A stretch of 64,000 bases of DNA, from positions 56,978,001 to 57,042,000 of the forward strand of contig NW_027266265.1 of NCBI RefSeq assembly GCF_022045235.1, given 5' to 3'. The notes under the pieces were generated by a model. It made no database searches, was not told where the DNA came from, and was given only the letters and a program-made list of their open reading frames with translations. A program made the position numbers and the translations under genes. The stretch is from Haliotis cracherodii (taxonomy: Eukaryota). Shown here one piece after another: positions 12,459 through 26,204 of this stretch; position 1 is the stretch's first letter; each line of letters begins with the position of its first letter.

Positions 12459-15400
12459 AATATTACAGGTTCATCCAGACCTTGCCTCACAGTTTACTGT
12501 CCCCAAACACACGAAGAATATGGCTCTGTACCCTACTTCCTTTACTTAAATTGCACCACACACACAGTTCTACCAAACGTGTGAAACTTCATGTGAATCA
12601 CCTCCATTGACAGTCAATGTACACACATGACTTTAACAGAAGCTTCAAAAAGATGAAAAACCCGCATAACAAAATGGCACCTGCCTCACATTTTTTAAAC
12701 ATTTGGATAATTTCTAATAATTAGAATATTGGGGCTTCCAGTTCATGTCTGGTATAATATTTTACTTGGCAGTTGGAAAGTGTATCATTTCCATGGCTGT
12801 ATCAAATATTCACAAGGCATCAGGTAGTGACGAGTCACTTGAGACTTAACATACCTACAACAGGTGTACTAGTTCTGTGTGTATATATATATATATATCT
12901 AAGGAAGTTATATGGTATGAAAATTATTCATAAAATACTATTATCTGTGGATATGTACACAACTTCTCAAGCCACTGGCAGTTTAAGTGAACAGTTTTCC
13001 AAGCATTATCTGATTGGGTTTCACACACTGGTAGCTTGCTAAACTTATTTGATCAACATACACATTTGTTAACGACCTGTATGAACGCATCCCTTTGAAG
13101 ATGACTTTGCTTTCTAATTGAGTTCCTGTTGTCATGGAGACAGCATGTGGAGAGTGAGTGAGTGAGTTATTCAACACCTGTTTGATATGTAGATACAAAC
13201 TGTCACATGCCAGCTCAAGTTAGACTACGTAAATTCTGGTAACTATGGTAACCTGCAGTAACTGTGAGGTTCCTTTGTTTGAATGGGTATGTTCTTCATG
13301 TTTGTAGGAATGTTCAGCAGGAATGGGTTTCACTGCACCCAAGTGGGGATTTAACTCAGGTCCTTGGAGCATAACAAACACTGAACCCTTAGGCTACCCA
13401 CCCTGGACTAACACACAAAGACCTAGCCTTACGTTGCACAAAATTTTAACAAAACCAGACAATTAATAAAACTGTCCTTTCATTCTTAAGCGTAACTTTA
13501 AACTGTTCAGGAGCCACTGTAGCACATGACCATTGTGATTCCTGCAGCCCCAAGCAGGGTCATCACTCCCCCTGTGAGTGGGTGAGTGGGAGAGTCCAAC
13601 ACGACTTTTAGCAATATTCCAGCAATATCGTGGCAGTGGACACCAGAAATGGGCTTCACATATTGTACCCATTGGGGAATTGAACCAGGCCTTTGGCATG
13701 ACACCTTACCCACTAGGTTACCAACAAACACCCCCACCCCCACCCCCACCCATACCCCTGACCCATTATGGGGCAACCTCAGATAAAAAGAAGAAGCTTT
13801 AATTGGTCTCAAAAACAAATTAATACAGGAAATTGTGCGAAAGTTAATTTAATTCTGTTAATAGCATTTTTCAGTTCCCATTCACGAATGACAATCTGTT
13901 AAAAAAAGATTAATCTGAATTACCCCATGCTGTATGTAAAAACTCTGGTGAGAATTCGTCCTTACCCCAACGACTACCTGGAAACCTCTGACATCATGTG
14001 AACATGCTCCCATTCTTACAACTTGTGAGATGACAATTAACATATTTACATGGGACAATGACAAAATGTACACTACGATATGAAAAGAATTTAAAATTGC
14101 ACAAACTACATTTTTTGATTTGTAACAATGCTTAATATCATTATTTGGGTCATACAGCACTAGCTAGTCTGATTACTGTGACGAAATACTGGACATTGAA
14201 AATAACAAAACACTGCAGAGACAGAGTAAGTGAGAAAAGCATTGCCTCACTCTTAAACTGGCTTAACTCAGGCTTAAAATTGGTTCTAAAAAAATAACTC
14301 TATATATTTCATGTGGGCAAGCTGTTGGCCTTTTTTTCATCGCTTTGTGTGCGTCCAAAGTATGTTTGTTTGACATTTGCATTATAATCGCCTTCAGGCA
14401 GAAAATATTCTTTTCTCTTTGGGGGAGTGTTGTTTCCAGGCATATTCCTGTCTTATATGCCTTCCATATAAGTCTTACAAGAAAATCACAACCATACCCC
14501 CACCATGAAAAATAGGTTTTCTTGTCACTAATTTTACATTGTAGAAAATTTGGGAGAAAAATACTGTTACTGGTGAAGATGTCTTTCAGAGCATCACACT
14601 GCATGTATTAAGATAATCTGCACAGATCTCACTGGTCGATCTTTTGAAATGTAACTTACCCAAAATATAATACTTGTGTAACTATGGTAACATGCCCTTA
14701 AGTGCTATGTGCAGTAAGTAGGAAAGTTTTTATGACTGTTGAAATGGGAGTGAAATGATGGTCATCCAGCACACAAGTACCGATCTTGCCTACTATTGAG
14801 CAAAGTGATAAACACACCCCCCTCCTCCCCATCCTACCTGGGTGTGATGAAGTTGTGAATGTTAATCATAATACATCACTTAATCACATGCATGTGTGAC
14901 AGTATCCTATGTTTCGACTGCAGCTTAACTCCCCCATGACAAGCTGCCATTACAATTCTTGAATACACAGCCGTAAACATACAGCCTGCCTCCATCCTCT
15001 AATTTTAGCACTAAGTTGTTGCTTGTTTGGTGTTTAACGCCGCACTCAGCAATATTCCAGCTATATGATGGGGGTCTGTAAATTACTGAGTCTGGACCAG
15101 ACAACCCAGTGACTGACGTCATGAGCATCGATCCACGCATTTGGGATCGATGACAGTTGCGTGGATCGATGTTCATGATGTCAATCACTGGATTGTCTGG
15201 TTCCTCAGTAGGTATACAAACTAAAGAAAGAGTGTTCTATACAAGGATGACGTATAAATCCAGTTCTACAAACATGACTTGAAGTACAGGCCAGTCAATA
15301 CAATATGCATTTATTACATTCAAGATCAGAAATCAGGCTAAAATCGCAAGATTTTACAATCTAGTGACATGACAAGCACAAGATAAAATCATATTTTGGC

Positions 15401-15566
15401 AAAAATTTCTACGGTGAAATGAGCCCACTGGTGAGGGTCAATGTATATACAGTGTTGCTTCAGTGCTGTCATCAATACTCCATGGGGTTGTATAGACTAT
15501 ATTCACCAACATTTGCGAATATGTACACCACTACTCCAGGGAGTTGTTGCACACATCTGTTTTCAG

Positions 15567-16404
15567 TATGGGTGAAATGATATATGGTGCACCGTGAATT
15601 TTCATGTGACGATACGATACATTTTTTCTGTATTGATAAAATATGATACACTTCCTAAAATAAATTACCACTACTCGTTTAATTACCACATCCTTATTGT
15701 CAGTCAAATATCGCAAAATGTGTTGTAATTAGTGTTTCAAGTTCACTACTAAAAATACCCACTACGAACATGTGAAATATTTATAGTAAGAAGTTTAAAG
15801 GCAATTAGATGTAAATATGTGTATTCTTATCGTATCGCAACCTATGTATCATGATATGAATAGATCGTGACCTATGTATCATGATATGAATAGATCGTGA
15901 CCTATGTATCATGATATGAATAGATCATGATGTATGTATCATGATATGAATAGATCGTGACCTATGTATCATGATATGAATAGATCGTGACCTATGTATC
16001 ATGATATGAATAGATGGTGACCTATGTATCATGATATGAATAGATCGTGACCTATGTATCATGATATGAATAGATCGTGACCTATGTATCATGATATGAA
16101 TAGATGGTGACCTATGTATCATGATATGAATAGATCGTGACCTATGTATCATGATATGAATAGATCGTGACCTATGTATCATGATACGAATAGATCGTGA
16201 CCTATGTATCATGATATGAATAGATCATGACCTATGTATCATGATATGAATAGATCGTGACCTATGTATCATGATATGAATAGATCGTGACCTATGTATC
16301 ATGATATGAATAGATCGTGACCTATGTATCATGATATGAATAGATCGTGACCTATGTATCATGATATGAATAGATCGTGACCTTGCTGTATCGTTTCACC
16401 CCTA
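15567..16404. mobile_element. hAT-like MITE carrying an internal 30-bp minisatellite
   Basis: TIR tatgggtgaaatgata / tatcgtttcaccccta; about 18 copies of gacctatgtatcatgatatgaatagatcgt at 15840-16383. Confidence 0.7.
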
Positions 16405-17141
16405 AGTTTTAGTAAGCTAACGAACTGAGGTCCTTGCTAGCTCATGATGCTAGTTAGGCCCTACTTTGTGCATGAACATTGTTAGACTAAAATCTAGTCT
16501 CTGAAATGAACATTTTAATAGAAAAAAAACAGCAGCTAAATTAGAGTTAAAAAATATAATAAAAAGGAGCCCAGAGACTTTCTTCATTTTCTGATATTGC
16601 TGTAATCTAGACTTGCCAAACATTATAGACTTGCATAGGCTGTTTTGGATCTATTTGTTTCAGAATGAGTATGACAGACTAGAAGATTGTGTGAACACTA
16701 CCACTGCCTGACAATGATGCCAGTGTAGAGCGGAGAGTCACAACACGCTGTAATCTGAGCACTCACTGGTGTCCCTCTTGGGACAGAGTTGTGCTACATT
16801 GTTGGGGGCAAACTAGCAAGTACACCAATAAGCAGTCCTCTGTATTCATGGGTGATGGAGGGGGATAGTGTATACAAGACTGAAGTATTGAAGCTTGTGT
16901 GCTTTTGGAGATGAAACATGTTTCTCATGTCAACTGGGATTTGTAATAGTGCCATACATTCAAAAGAAGATCTAGAGCCAGTGTTCCGAGATGAACGCAC
17001 AACGGAATGGAACCAAACAGGTATGACCACTTGCCACAGTGCCATCTGTTGCTGATGGGGGATGACACCAGTGACAAGCTTGAAGAACATGGCATGACAT
17101 CTGAAATTTACACCAAATGATGAATGAACTAGAGAACAGGA

Positions 17142-17228
17142 TCATTTCTTTGTTGTCCCAGTCTTGTTTTGAAGCGTGCTGTCGTCACCGTTTTCCTCAC
17201 TCTTGCCTGATTCTTCCTTGTCATCGTC
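17142..17228 (-). CDS. RRM/zinc-finger gene, last coding exon (acidic tail and stop)
   Basis: ttgtttcag|GACGATGAC...; DDDKEESGKSEENGDDSTLQNKTGTTKK*. The six exons sum to 990 nt (329 aa + stop). Confidence 0.8.
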   Translation of the reverse strand, partial: DDDKEESGKSEENGDDSTLQNKTGTTKK

Positions 17229-19177
17229 CTGAAACAATAAACAACATGTCACATGAGATTCAGGTGTCGTGGAGTGAGTGGGAGAGTGAGTGAGTGTGGG
17301 TTCACATCTTTTAGCAATAATCCATCCATATTACAAGAGTGAGAGAGTGAGTTGGGTTTAACGCCGCTTTTAACAGTATTACAGTTATATCACGGCATGT
17401 CAGCTTAATGTGGGAGGAAAGCCCGAAGTGATGCAGGTCTCAGAGGTTTAACACTTCGGTGAAACCCACGAGCACGGGTTTGGTGCTGACAAACCCAGAA
17501 ACATAATCGGGGCGAACCGGGATTCGAAACCACAATCATAGGTTTCTGGCATGACCAAGGGACGCAACTCTGCACAGCGAATCGCGGCGCCTTAGACGAC
17601 TGGACACCCGTGCCCCCAATATTACAAGAGGGATAACCAGAAATGTTTGTTTGTTTGTTGTTTAACATCGCACTCAACAATATTCCACTTATATAAAAAT
17701 TAAACTCTGGACCATGATGAGCATCGATCTACGCTATTTCGATACGAGGACATGCATCAACCAAGTCAGCAAGCCTGACCCCCCGATCCTGTTAGTCACA
17801 TCTTACGACAAGCAGAGTCGACTTTATGACAACCAGGGCACCAGAAATGGAGTTCACACATTGTACCCATGTGGGGAATCAAACCTAGGCTTTGGGATTG
17901 GTGAGTGAAAGATTCAACTATCAGGATACCCCACCACAGTGTCTTGTGTGCACCCACTCAGCAATATTCCAGCTTCATGACGGCAGGCGGTGAAGGATCA
18001 AGCCTGAACCAGACAATCAAATCCACTGATGGATATTGTGAGCACTGATCAATGTTATCTGGATATGATGACAGACAAATGACGAAGTCGTCAAGTCCGA
18101 CCACCCAATCCATCAAGCTGCCTCTTATAACCGACAACAATGATCATTTCAAGTATTTGGGGGTTTTCTTCTTGAACCACTTAAATTAGTGAATGCTAAT
18201 GCACATGCCAGCAACCTGACACTTTCCGGACCAGGCAAACCAGTGGTCAACAGCATGAGCAACCATCTCATCATTCAGCCGTGAGGACAAATGAAGATCC
18301 TGGTCAGACATTATGACTAGCAGTGTAACGATAGAGCAAAATAGTATTGTATTGTGATATGAGGCTTGAAACACAAATTGATTTACGACCCTACCATCCA
18401 TACTCTCAATACGAGTAATATTGGTGTAAAAGATGTGAACAGTAACAGAAACTGTTCAACTACCAGCCTCCGCAGAATCTCTAGTGTTTCATGGTTTTAT
18501 ACATTTCTACCCTACAATATCCCATCTTTGAAATTTAATAACAAATGATTAGGGTAGTGATTCACCTGCAAAATGAAAGAGTATCAACTCGTCAAATAAA
18601 AGAACTGTATGGGGATACGAACCGTATTGCACCCATAGTAGTGGGATATGTATCTTATCTCGACCCCACCATATCGTTACACCTCCCATTGTGACCATAC
18701 AATCCTCATCAGTCATCTACAGCAACCTTGGTCTAAACAGGCTCAAAATTTTGAAAGCGCCATCATCACAAATGAGTGGTTATACACACTCTGTACTTAA
18801 ACCTCATTAAGTGGGCAGTTGTTCAAAGTTAGATGTTGGATACAATTTTGATTCCTGAAGTAAGTTGATGGGGTGGTAAACGTCTGCAACGTTTCCATCC
18901 GACAAAATCAACAACTGTACGCTCAAGGTCACTTTCCTCATGGTCATACATAAAACAAGATACATTTTAAAGAAATGCAAATTAAAAGAAATATCGTGAC
19001 AGTCCACAAAACTTGCTTCACAACTTGTGGAAGGATCACAAGCAGGACTTCAGCATGTTCACAATTAAGTTCTTGCAGATGTGGGGGTTATGTCTGAAAA
19101 TCTAAGGAATTCAGCATTTCCTGTCCAACATCAAACTCTTAAGCTGTCCTAAGGAAGCAACAAAGATGACAGCTCAC

Positions 19178-19284
19178 CGTCTTGAAGATCTTGACAGCAT
19201 GTTCAGCCTGGGAGTGTTGTACCAGGGACCACGCACTGTTAAACTGGGCGTCACAGGATGCACACAACAGCTGCGACGGCTCAT
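19178..19284 (-). CDS. RRM/zinc-finger gene, coding exon 5 (C2H2 finger, BCL11 ZF1-like)
   Basis: ccattccag| ... ACG|gtgagc; DEPSQLLCASCDAQFNSAWSLVQHSQAEHAVKIFKT. Confidence 0.88.
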
Positions 19285-20089
19285 CTGGAATGGACACTAA
19301 CATCAATCTTCTTCTTCATATAATAACAGACCATTTACCTTAGTGGGCACCTATTTTCTCCAACAATATGAAATGGTTAAGTTTCTAAAATGTTCTAAAT
19401 ATCTAAATCATCTTGAAATTTAAGTTTAAACAAAAGTACAAACAATATTTCGGTCGAAGGCATTTTTAATTTAATGTTAAATATGAACAAGGCTGATCCA
19501 TTTCAAGTCTAAACTTGATTTCTCTGCCTCTTTATCATCACTCTTACCCAAGGTAATCTTAACAAGAAAACAGCTTTTTCACTATAAGAATTTTATTTAG
19601 TGAACATATACTATTACAAAAGTCTTATGAAGCCTTAAGAAGAGATAGGCACTAGGGTCCCTTCATGTCATCAGAAAAAATGACTAAACGTGAAATTAAT
19701 ACACACAAAAGGCCTCTTCTCTAGAAATAATCATTAATAGCTCCAATTCTTGAATTCAGTCTTGATAAGTATCTCGTAGAAAGGCTAACTTCAGTAGTTT
19801 CTGAGAAAACTTGTCCCCATAGCAGACACTATGCACCTTGTACAGCAACATGGATTAAGGGACATTACTCAAAATCCAAAAACGTAACAAGGGAAGTAAC
19901 TCTGGGAAAAAAATAACTTAAGACACCAGTTTTAGAACTCATTTGAGATCATGACCAGTAATCTCAGGGTGTAAAATTTCATTTCTCTGACTTTCATAGT
20001 TTTGGAGACCAACAAACTCCGTTCCTATATCCCCCATGCCACAACATGGCAGGGGATTATTGGAAATTTAAGTACAAATTGAATATTCA

Positions 20090-22810
20090 TATACTTATCC
20101 TATCTCACACTTTGCATATCTTCCTTCTTATTCATTCCTATCTGGAAACGTGCAACAACCAGTCACCTCTCTTTCTTAGAGCAATCAGACTAGAAGAACT
20201 GAGATGGGATTTAACGAAACAGCATGAGATCGGGAATACATGCCGAACATGTTTTCACATGTCAATGTTCGTGTAGCTGAAAACACATAAACGACTTACA
20301 TCCCGGACCGGCATTGATTCTTCAAAGAGGATGCTAAGCTATTTCCCACAGACAATTGGGTGTGATTGTTTGGTAACTCTTTTAACGCTCCATCAAGGTT
20401 AAACCTTGATGGAGCGTTAAAAGAGTTACCAACTGGTTATCAAACGCATTCGTGTGCATGACATAAAGGAGAATGACAATATCCAGAGAGGACCTTCAAA
20501 CGAAAACTCCGCATCACAAATACTCAAGGCAGAGGTGAGCGGAATACAGGTTTGTGACGCTTCTATTTGGTAACCATGGTAACAGCCGGGCCTTACGGTG
20601 ACATCATTGTTGAAGATTAAACAGTCTCTACAGACCAGTTAATCCCCCCAGCAAAGAGACTAGGTCTGGGAAACCCAAACAATAAAAATTTGCTCTCAAC
20701 ATCAAGGTTAACGATTAAAGATAATTATGTATAAACAATTGTAAAACAAAGCAAGAATCATGTGTACATTACATTTCTATCTGTGTTAGCTGGGCTGTGA
20801 CAGTTGTTGCGACAAAATCAAAGGGCCCAACTTGTTGAAACCTGGTACATCTGTGACTGAGATAACGCGAAAATAGTGAGAGGCAAAAACTGTGTCCGAC
20901 TTCCAGAAGCACCTTGCCATGGTAGCAGAGAGGGTGCAGTTACTGTGTAAGGCCATGGTGGAAGCAACCGTTCGAGTCTCGTATGGGTTGGATGTGCGGG
21001 CGGAGGCAGCTCAGCAAAAGTATATGCTCGAAGGATGATGCAGCTAAGCCGAAAGAGAGCATAGTACGCGAAATCTCCGAGATGAATGTTGTTTATAGCG
21101 GAATGAAGAGTCTCTTTTGAGATCTTTTACGATGATGTGAAGTGCTCAAATTGGACAGAGGGAGAGATCTTCCTGATCAGAGTCCAGAGACGAACACCGA
21201 TCCCTGGAGGGAGAGTGATGCGGTTTGGCACTGTATTGGAATCAGTCATCAGTGGGATGACAAAGCAGGGAGCGAGCGTGGTCTGCAGCAGATCTGCAAA
21301 CCCAGGTGGGTACAGGTATACATATCACTGGTGGTACACTGTGTAGGTGTCATGGCGTGGATACTCCCACTGGCTGTAAATTCAATGTTGGTGATGGTAA
21401 TCTATGATAGGGAAGCGATCTCTGTAATAGGAGTGAGTGAGTGAGTATGGTTTTATGCCGCTTTTAGCAATATTCCAGCAATATCACGGCGGGGGCACCA
21501 GAAATGAGCTTCACACATTGGACCCATGTCGGGAATCGAACCCGGGTCTTCGGCGTGACGAGCGAACGCTTTAACCACTAGGCTACCCGACCGCCCCCTC
21601 TGTAATAGGAAGACCATCCCAAGGGGAAACAAGCTGAAGTTCGATCACCCGAAATCAAGGTGGACCTCGATTCATGAGAGGATTCCTAAGATGCCTGTCT
21701 GGGTCTGGGGAGCTCTGAACGTAGGAGCAGTGTGTATGATCGTAGTCCGAGAAGCGTTTAGATTAAGAGTGGGAGCGCCAATCTTGATCCTTAGACACTG
21801 ATTTCGATCCTGTGTGGCTTCCTTCTGACGATCGGGAATGTCCTGAAAAGCAGCCTTGGAAGGAGCATTGTCTTTCCTCCCACGATTGTGCAAACTTGAC
21901 TGATCTAAAAGCGGGATCTTGAGCGGAGGAGCAGGTCCAACCGACTAGGCGAGAGCGTTGTTAGGAGCAGTCGCCGAAATTGAAGAAGGGTTGACCTTAG
22001 GAATGGAGAAATGACAGAGGAGTGGTTGTGAGATCGGGTAGGGTAACATCATCTGTTGAAATCTGTCGGAGACAGTGGTGTCTATAACCACAGAATCTTC
22101 CAAGAAATGACATTTCCCGCATCTAGAGTCCAAAGTACACTGGTCACGACAATCACAGCACATCTTGTGAGCATCTGACGTTGAATATGTGGGTCGACAT
22201 TTAGTGAGTGAGTGAGTGAGGTGGGTTTAACGCTGCTTTTAACATTATTCCAGTTATATCACGGTGTGTCAGCTTCATGTGGGAGGAAAGCCTGAAGTGA
22301 TGCAGGTCTAAGACGTTTACCACTTCGGTGAAACCCTTGAGCATGGGTATTGTGCTAACAAACCTAGAAACATAATTGGGGCTAACCGGGATTCGAACCC
22401 ACAATCATTGGTTTCTGGTGTGCCCAAGGGACGCAACTCTGCACAGCGAATCGAGGCGCCTTAGACGACTGAGCCACCCGTGCCCCAGCGTCGACATTTA
22501 GCACCAGACGGACAAAGTTTGCCCTTCTTCCCCATAAAAATACATATTATCCAAGCAATACATCCACACGGGTTGCTGATGAGAAAGAGAATGAGTTGGT
22601 AGAATGACGCGCACGGTCAAAGTGTGGGATGTTACCGTGCACGAGAGCACATAATTGACCCAGTTGTTGGTCGATACCATAGGTGCTGGGGTGTGTTTGG
22701 CTAAATGACTCTGTTTAAGAAGCTGGAAACATGGTTCAAGCACATTTCCATGTAGGATCGAAGAAGGAAGAAGATATGCAAAGTGTGAGGTAGGATAAGT
22801 TTAAAATTTA
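20090..22810 (-). mobile_element. Decayed DIRS-like retrotransposon in an intron of the RRM/ZnF gene
   Basis: Inverted termini of about 55 bp (acttatcctatctcacactttgcatatcttc at 20093; gaagatatgcaaagtgtgaggtaggataagt ending 22800). Removing the SINE at 22203-22489 restores a Cys-rich Gag-like start MGKKGKLCPSGAKCRPTYSTSDAHKMCCDCRDQCTLDSRCGKC. Downstream frames are degenerate. Confidence 0.6.
21433..21597 (-). mobile_element. tRNA-derived SINE family A (representative copy)
   Basis: A/B boxes (TAGCCTAGTGG, GGTTCGATTCC), (CTCA)n tail and 13-bp TSD ctctgtaatagga. Other copies near 6046-6225 (+), 8430-8590, 13580-13720, 23242-23407, 35495-35657, 43600-43772 and 46643-46797 (TSD acttttctaagaa). 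Confidence 0.9.
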
Positions 22811-22924
22811 AATGTAAACAATTCTGTGGCATTATTAACTTCTTATCAATGTCAAATTTGTATACAGCATTGACATAAAATATTCATCGATACATCATAT
22901 CGTGATAAAGGATGAAGTCCCAAC

Positions 22925-23062
22925 CTGACACGGGGGGCGGAGGGTTTTTCTGGCACTGGCAGCTGAAACGTAATCGACAGGGAATCTTCTTGTGCTGTGC
23001 CAAACTGTGTAGACTGTTAAACTGGAGCTTGCACCGACCACAGATCAGAACGTCCACGGAGG
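22925..23062 (-). CDS. RRM/zinc-finger gene, coding exon 4 (CCHC finger, BCL11 ZF0-like)
   Basis: ttttgtgcag| ... G|gttggg; SVDVLICGRCKLQFNSLHSLAQHKKIPCRLRFSCQCQKNPPPPVS. Confidence 0.85.
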
Positions 23063-23554
23063 CTGCACAAAAATGATAATCAGTCAGAGATCTATTCGAA
23101 CACAGATATTCACAGGTCAATGATAATGAGGGATATTCATACAAGCATATTCGCAGGGACTACAGGCATTCAGAAGCAAACGTTTACCACTACAAGACTG
23201 TCTAAAGCTGTCTATGCCAAAAAAAACTGTTGAATAGGCAAGTGAGTGATTGAGTATGGTTTTACGCCGCTTTTAGCAATATTCCAGCAATATCACGGCA
23301 GGGGACACCAGAAATGGGCTTCACACATTGTACCCCTGTCGGGAATTGAACCCGGGTCTTCGGCGTGAAGAGCAAACGCTTCAACCACTAGGCTACCCGA
23401 CCGCCCCGAATCAGCAAGTAAAGGTTGAACTTGGCTCTAAGCATACTCTTTAGTATACATGTATTTTAGTGCCATTATGTTATGTACATAGCCCTTAGAT
23501 GGGGTAGTCCACACTTGATGAGGGTTCACCTGTCCTATGTTGAGGTTGTTGGGG

Positions 23555-23945
23555 CTTCAAGCAGAGAGGCATCGTATTTTCAAGCAGAGAGGTATCGTGT
23601 TTGGGTAACATATAAGATTAACATAAGATCGGCTAAAGTGCTTGGTATGTCGTCAGGTCTTCAAGCAGAGAGGTATCTTATGTGAGGAATAGATCAGATT
23701 TACATAAGATTGGCCATAGTGCTTGGTATGTCGTCAGGTCTTCAAGCAGAGAGGTATCGTGTTTGGGTAACATATAAGATTTACATAAGATCGGCTAAAG
23801 TGCTTGGTATGTCGTCAGATCTTCAAGCAGAGAGGTATCTTATGTGAGTAATAGATCAGATTTACATAAGATTGGCTATAGCGCTTGATATGTCATCAGA
23901 TCTTCAAGCAGAGCGGTATCATGTTTTGGTAACAGATCAGATTTA
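23555..23945. repeat. Tandem repeat of about 81 bp with alternating variants
   Basis: ttcaagcagagaggtatc recurs near 23579, 23660, 23741, 23822 and 23903. Confidence 0.9.
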
Positions 23946-23982
23946 AAAGGTCAGCTACAGTGCTTGGAATGTTGCTCCCCAC

Positions 23983-24161
23983 CTGTGTTGATGGAGGAGA
24001 TTTTCGACTTGGTGGCGCTACTGGAGGTGGAGGTGGAGGGGGTGGGCTTCTTGGTCGGGGGTTCTGATGTGTCGCCAGATAGTGTCACCAGGGTGCGCTT
24101 CATGCTGGAGTTAACTGACGGAGTTGTGGGCGTTGTTGGCTTTGAATTCAAACTTGAACGC
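23983..24161 (-). CDS. RRM/zinc-finger gene, coding exon 3 (S/T/P/K-rich linker)
   Basis: cattccag| ... AG|gtgggg; open frame RSSLNSKPTTPTTPSVNSSMKRTLVTL...SKISSINT; phases 2 and 1 fit the neighbours. Confidence 0.8.
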
Positions 24162-25021
24162 CTGGAATGATGAGATGATATTGCAGATTAGAGACACTTA
24201 TTTGAAACATTCTACATACAAACAAAGAGGCAGCCAGTCTAATTACTGAGTACCAACTCCAGACCTCAAGGTTATTTTTTCACTGATCACCTTCGATGTG
24301 AAATGTCTTTCACATCCAATTTTTGGAGTGACATAAACACGGTCAACATTCTTGTACACAGAATATTCCCAGGGGCCAAAATTTGACCACAGATCCACAG
24401 GAATCATCACAAAAAAATCCGAAAATTGAAATTATTAGAAGAAATCCCAGTTCAGGTCATACTAAAATTAACTAATATTTTAGCTTTGCAAAGAGAAACA
24501 CTTATAACAGGACCAAAGCAGTTACGGGGTAGAATAGGTCTTCAGCAACCTATGCTTGCCATAAAAGGCGCCTATGCTTGTCGATTAATGGAATCGGGTG
24601 GTCAGGCATTGGTTGATGCATGTCATCATAACCCAATTGTGTAGATCACTGCACATGATGTAAATCACTGGAATGTCTGGTCCATACTTTATTGTTTACA
24701 AACAGCCATCACATAACGGGAATATAGTGTGTGGCGTTAAACAAAAACAATTTCTTAAATCTAAGGTTAACATGACATTAGTTATCAGCCTGATCAGGGT
24801 TACAAATTGATTATATTTTCACAAGTCTGCAAAAATGATCTGCAACAGAATTGGTAAAAGTGGTAGTCCACAAAGACATGTGACTTGTCCTTCCTGGACT
24901 TACTTGTCTCTGACCATGCCGACAAGTAGGGTATGTTAACACTGAACCCATGTCATTCTTGTTCCATAAAATTGCACAAACTATCACCTTGCTAACATTC
25001 CCTGGAGTGGTTGAAACTTAC

Positions 25022-25082
25022 CTTTCATTGGGTGGTGTTTTCTTGATTCCACGGCCCTTCGGCTCAGAGGCTATATTTGTTG
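25022..25082 (-). CDS. RRM/zinc-finger gene, coding exon 2 (end of RRM)
   Basis: ctttcag| ... |gtaagt; encodes (A)TNIASEPKGRGIKKTPPNE(R), comparable to hnRNP C DINLAAEPK; frame-compatible with both neighbours. Confidence 0.88.
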
Positions 25083-25571
25083 CTGAAAGAAGAACCAGTA
25101 TCTTAATACTGTTATTGTCACTTAAACGCACACCGATTCACTTGGTACAGATTACTTCTTAGGGGAGTTAATAATGGGTTATGCATGTTAGGAATCCAGA
25201 CACGTCAAGTCAGTCAATAAATTTCGTAGAGTAATCTAACAACAGCTTCAGGTGCACAGTCAGATAACAGCATGTCCACAACTCAGTTATACATGTTACT
25301 TATTAATGGATCAAGATACGACATATTGGACATGGACAAATCTTCATGGGTTGCATACACTACGTTCCCTACATTGTCTGTACACACAAACACACACACA
25401 CAGTCAGTCAGCTTATGAAATTAGGTCATGTATAACTCATGAATGTCAAATGAGCCCTATTAAGAGAAAGAACCTTATGTGAAACCTACCACTGCTTTAC
25501 AGTGAAGCAATGTGTAGAGCAGATACCACACAGATGAGACCCTTGTTGCACACAATGTCAAATAAAAAACC

Positions 25572-26073
25572 AGAGCTCCAGATAACCTTTTGGTGTTGTG
25601 GGTATTTTACCCATGCATTTTAAAATCATTGGGTATCAGTAATTCTATCTGGGTATTCAAATTTCTGTTACCCACTAGTTTTTACACATGTGGGTATTTA
25701 AGTTAAATATTTAAAAACACTTCATCTAGTCCCTGCAAACAATTGTCATGTGGGTTCGAGAGCTTTATAGGACTGAAAAATACTGCGATACTTCCACAAG
25801 AAAGTGTGATGGCAAATGATCATGATGTAACTGTCATCGTGGATTTTGGTAAGGCATGTCCGTATATATTTTCAAAATAAGTTTGATTTGTTAATTGAAT
25901 ACGCAGGGTTACTTCACAATATTTTGATGATACGCACAAGTTTTATTTTTGTAGCGTATCTGTAATGTTCGTTGCGTATTTGATACGCTTGAATTTTATT
26001 TCACTGCATATTTCTGCATTTCTGATGCGTATTTTATGCAGATACACCATGTACACAGCTAATCTGGAGCTCC
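25572..26073. mobile_element. MITE (TIR gagctccagat)
   Basis: cagagctccagataa ... taatctggagctccg. Confidence 0.55.
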
Positions 26074-26204
26074 GTGTACTCAATGAGTACTCATTCGTGT
26101 GAGCACTTGTTGGTTTGTCTATCACATGAAACAGGTCGTCGCTGGATTAGTTTGTTAATTATAGTAACAAGACAGTAAACTGGCCATATGTATTCATGGG
26201 TCAT

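Noticed and set aside
15925-16212. 95-aa repetitive ORF
   Set aside because: Translation of the 30-bp minisatellite.
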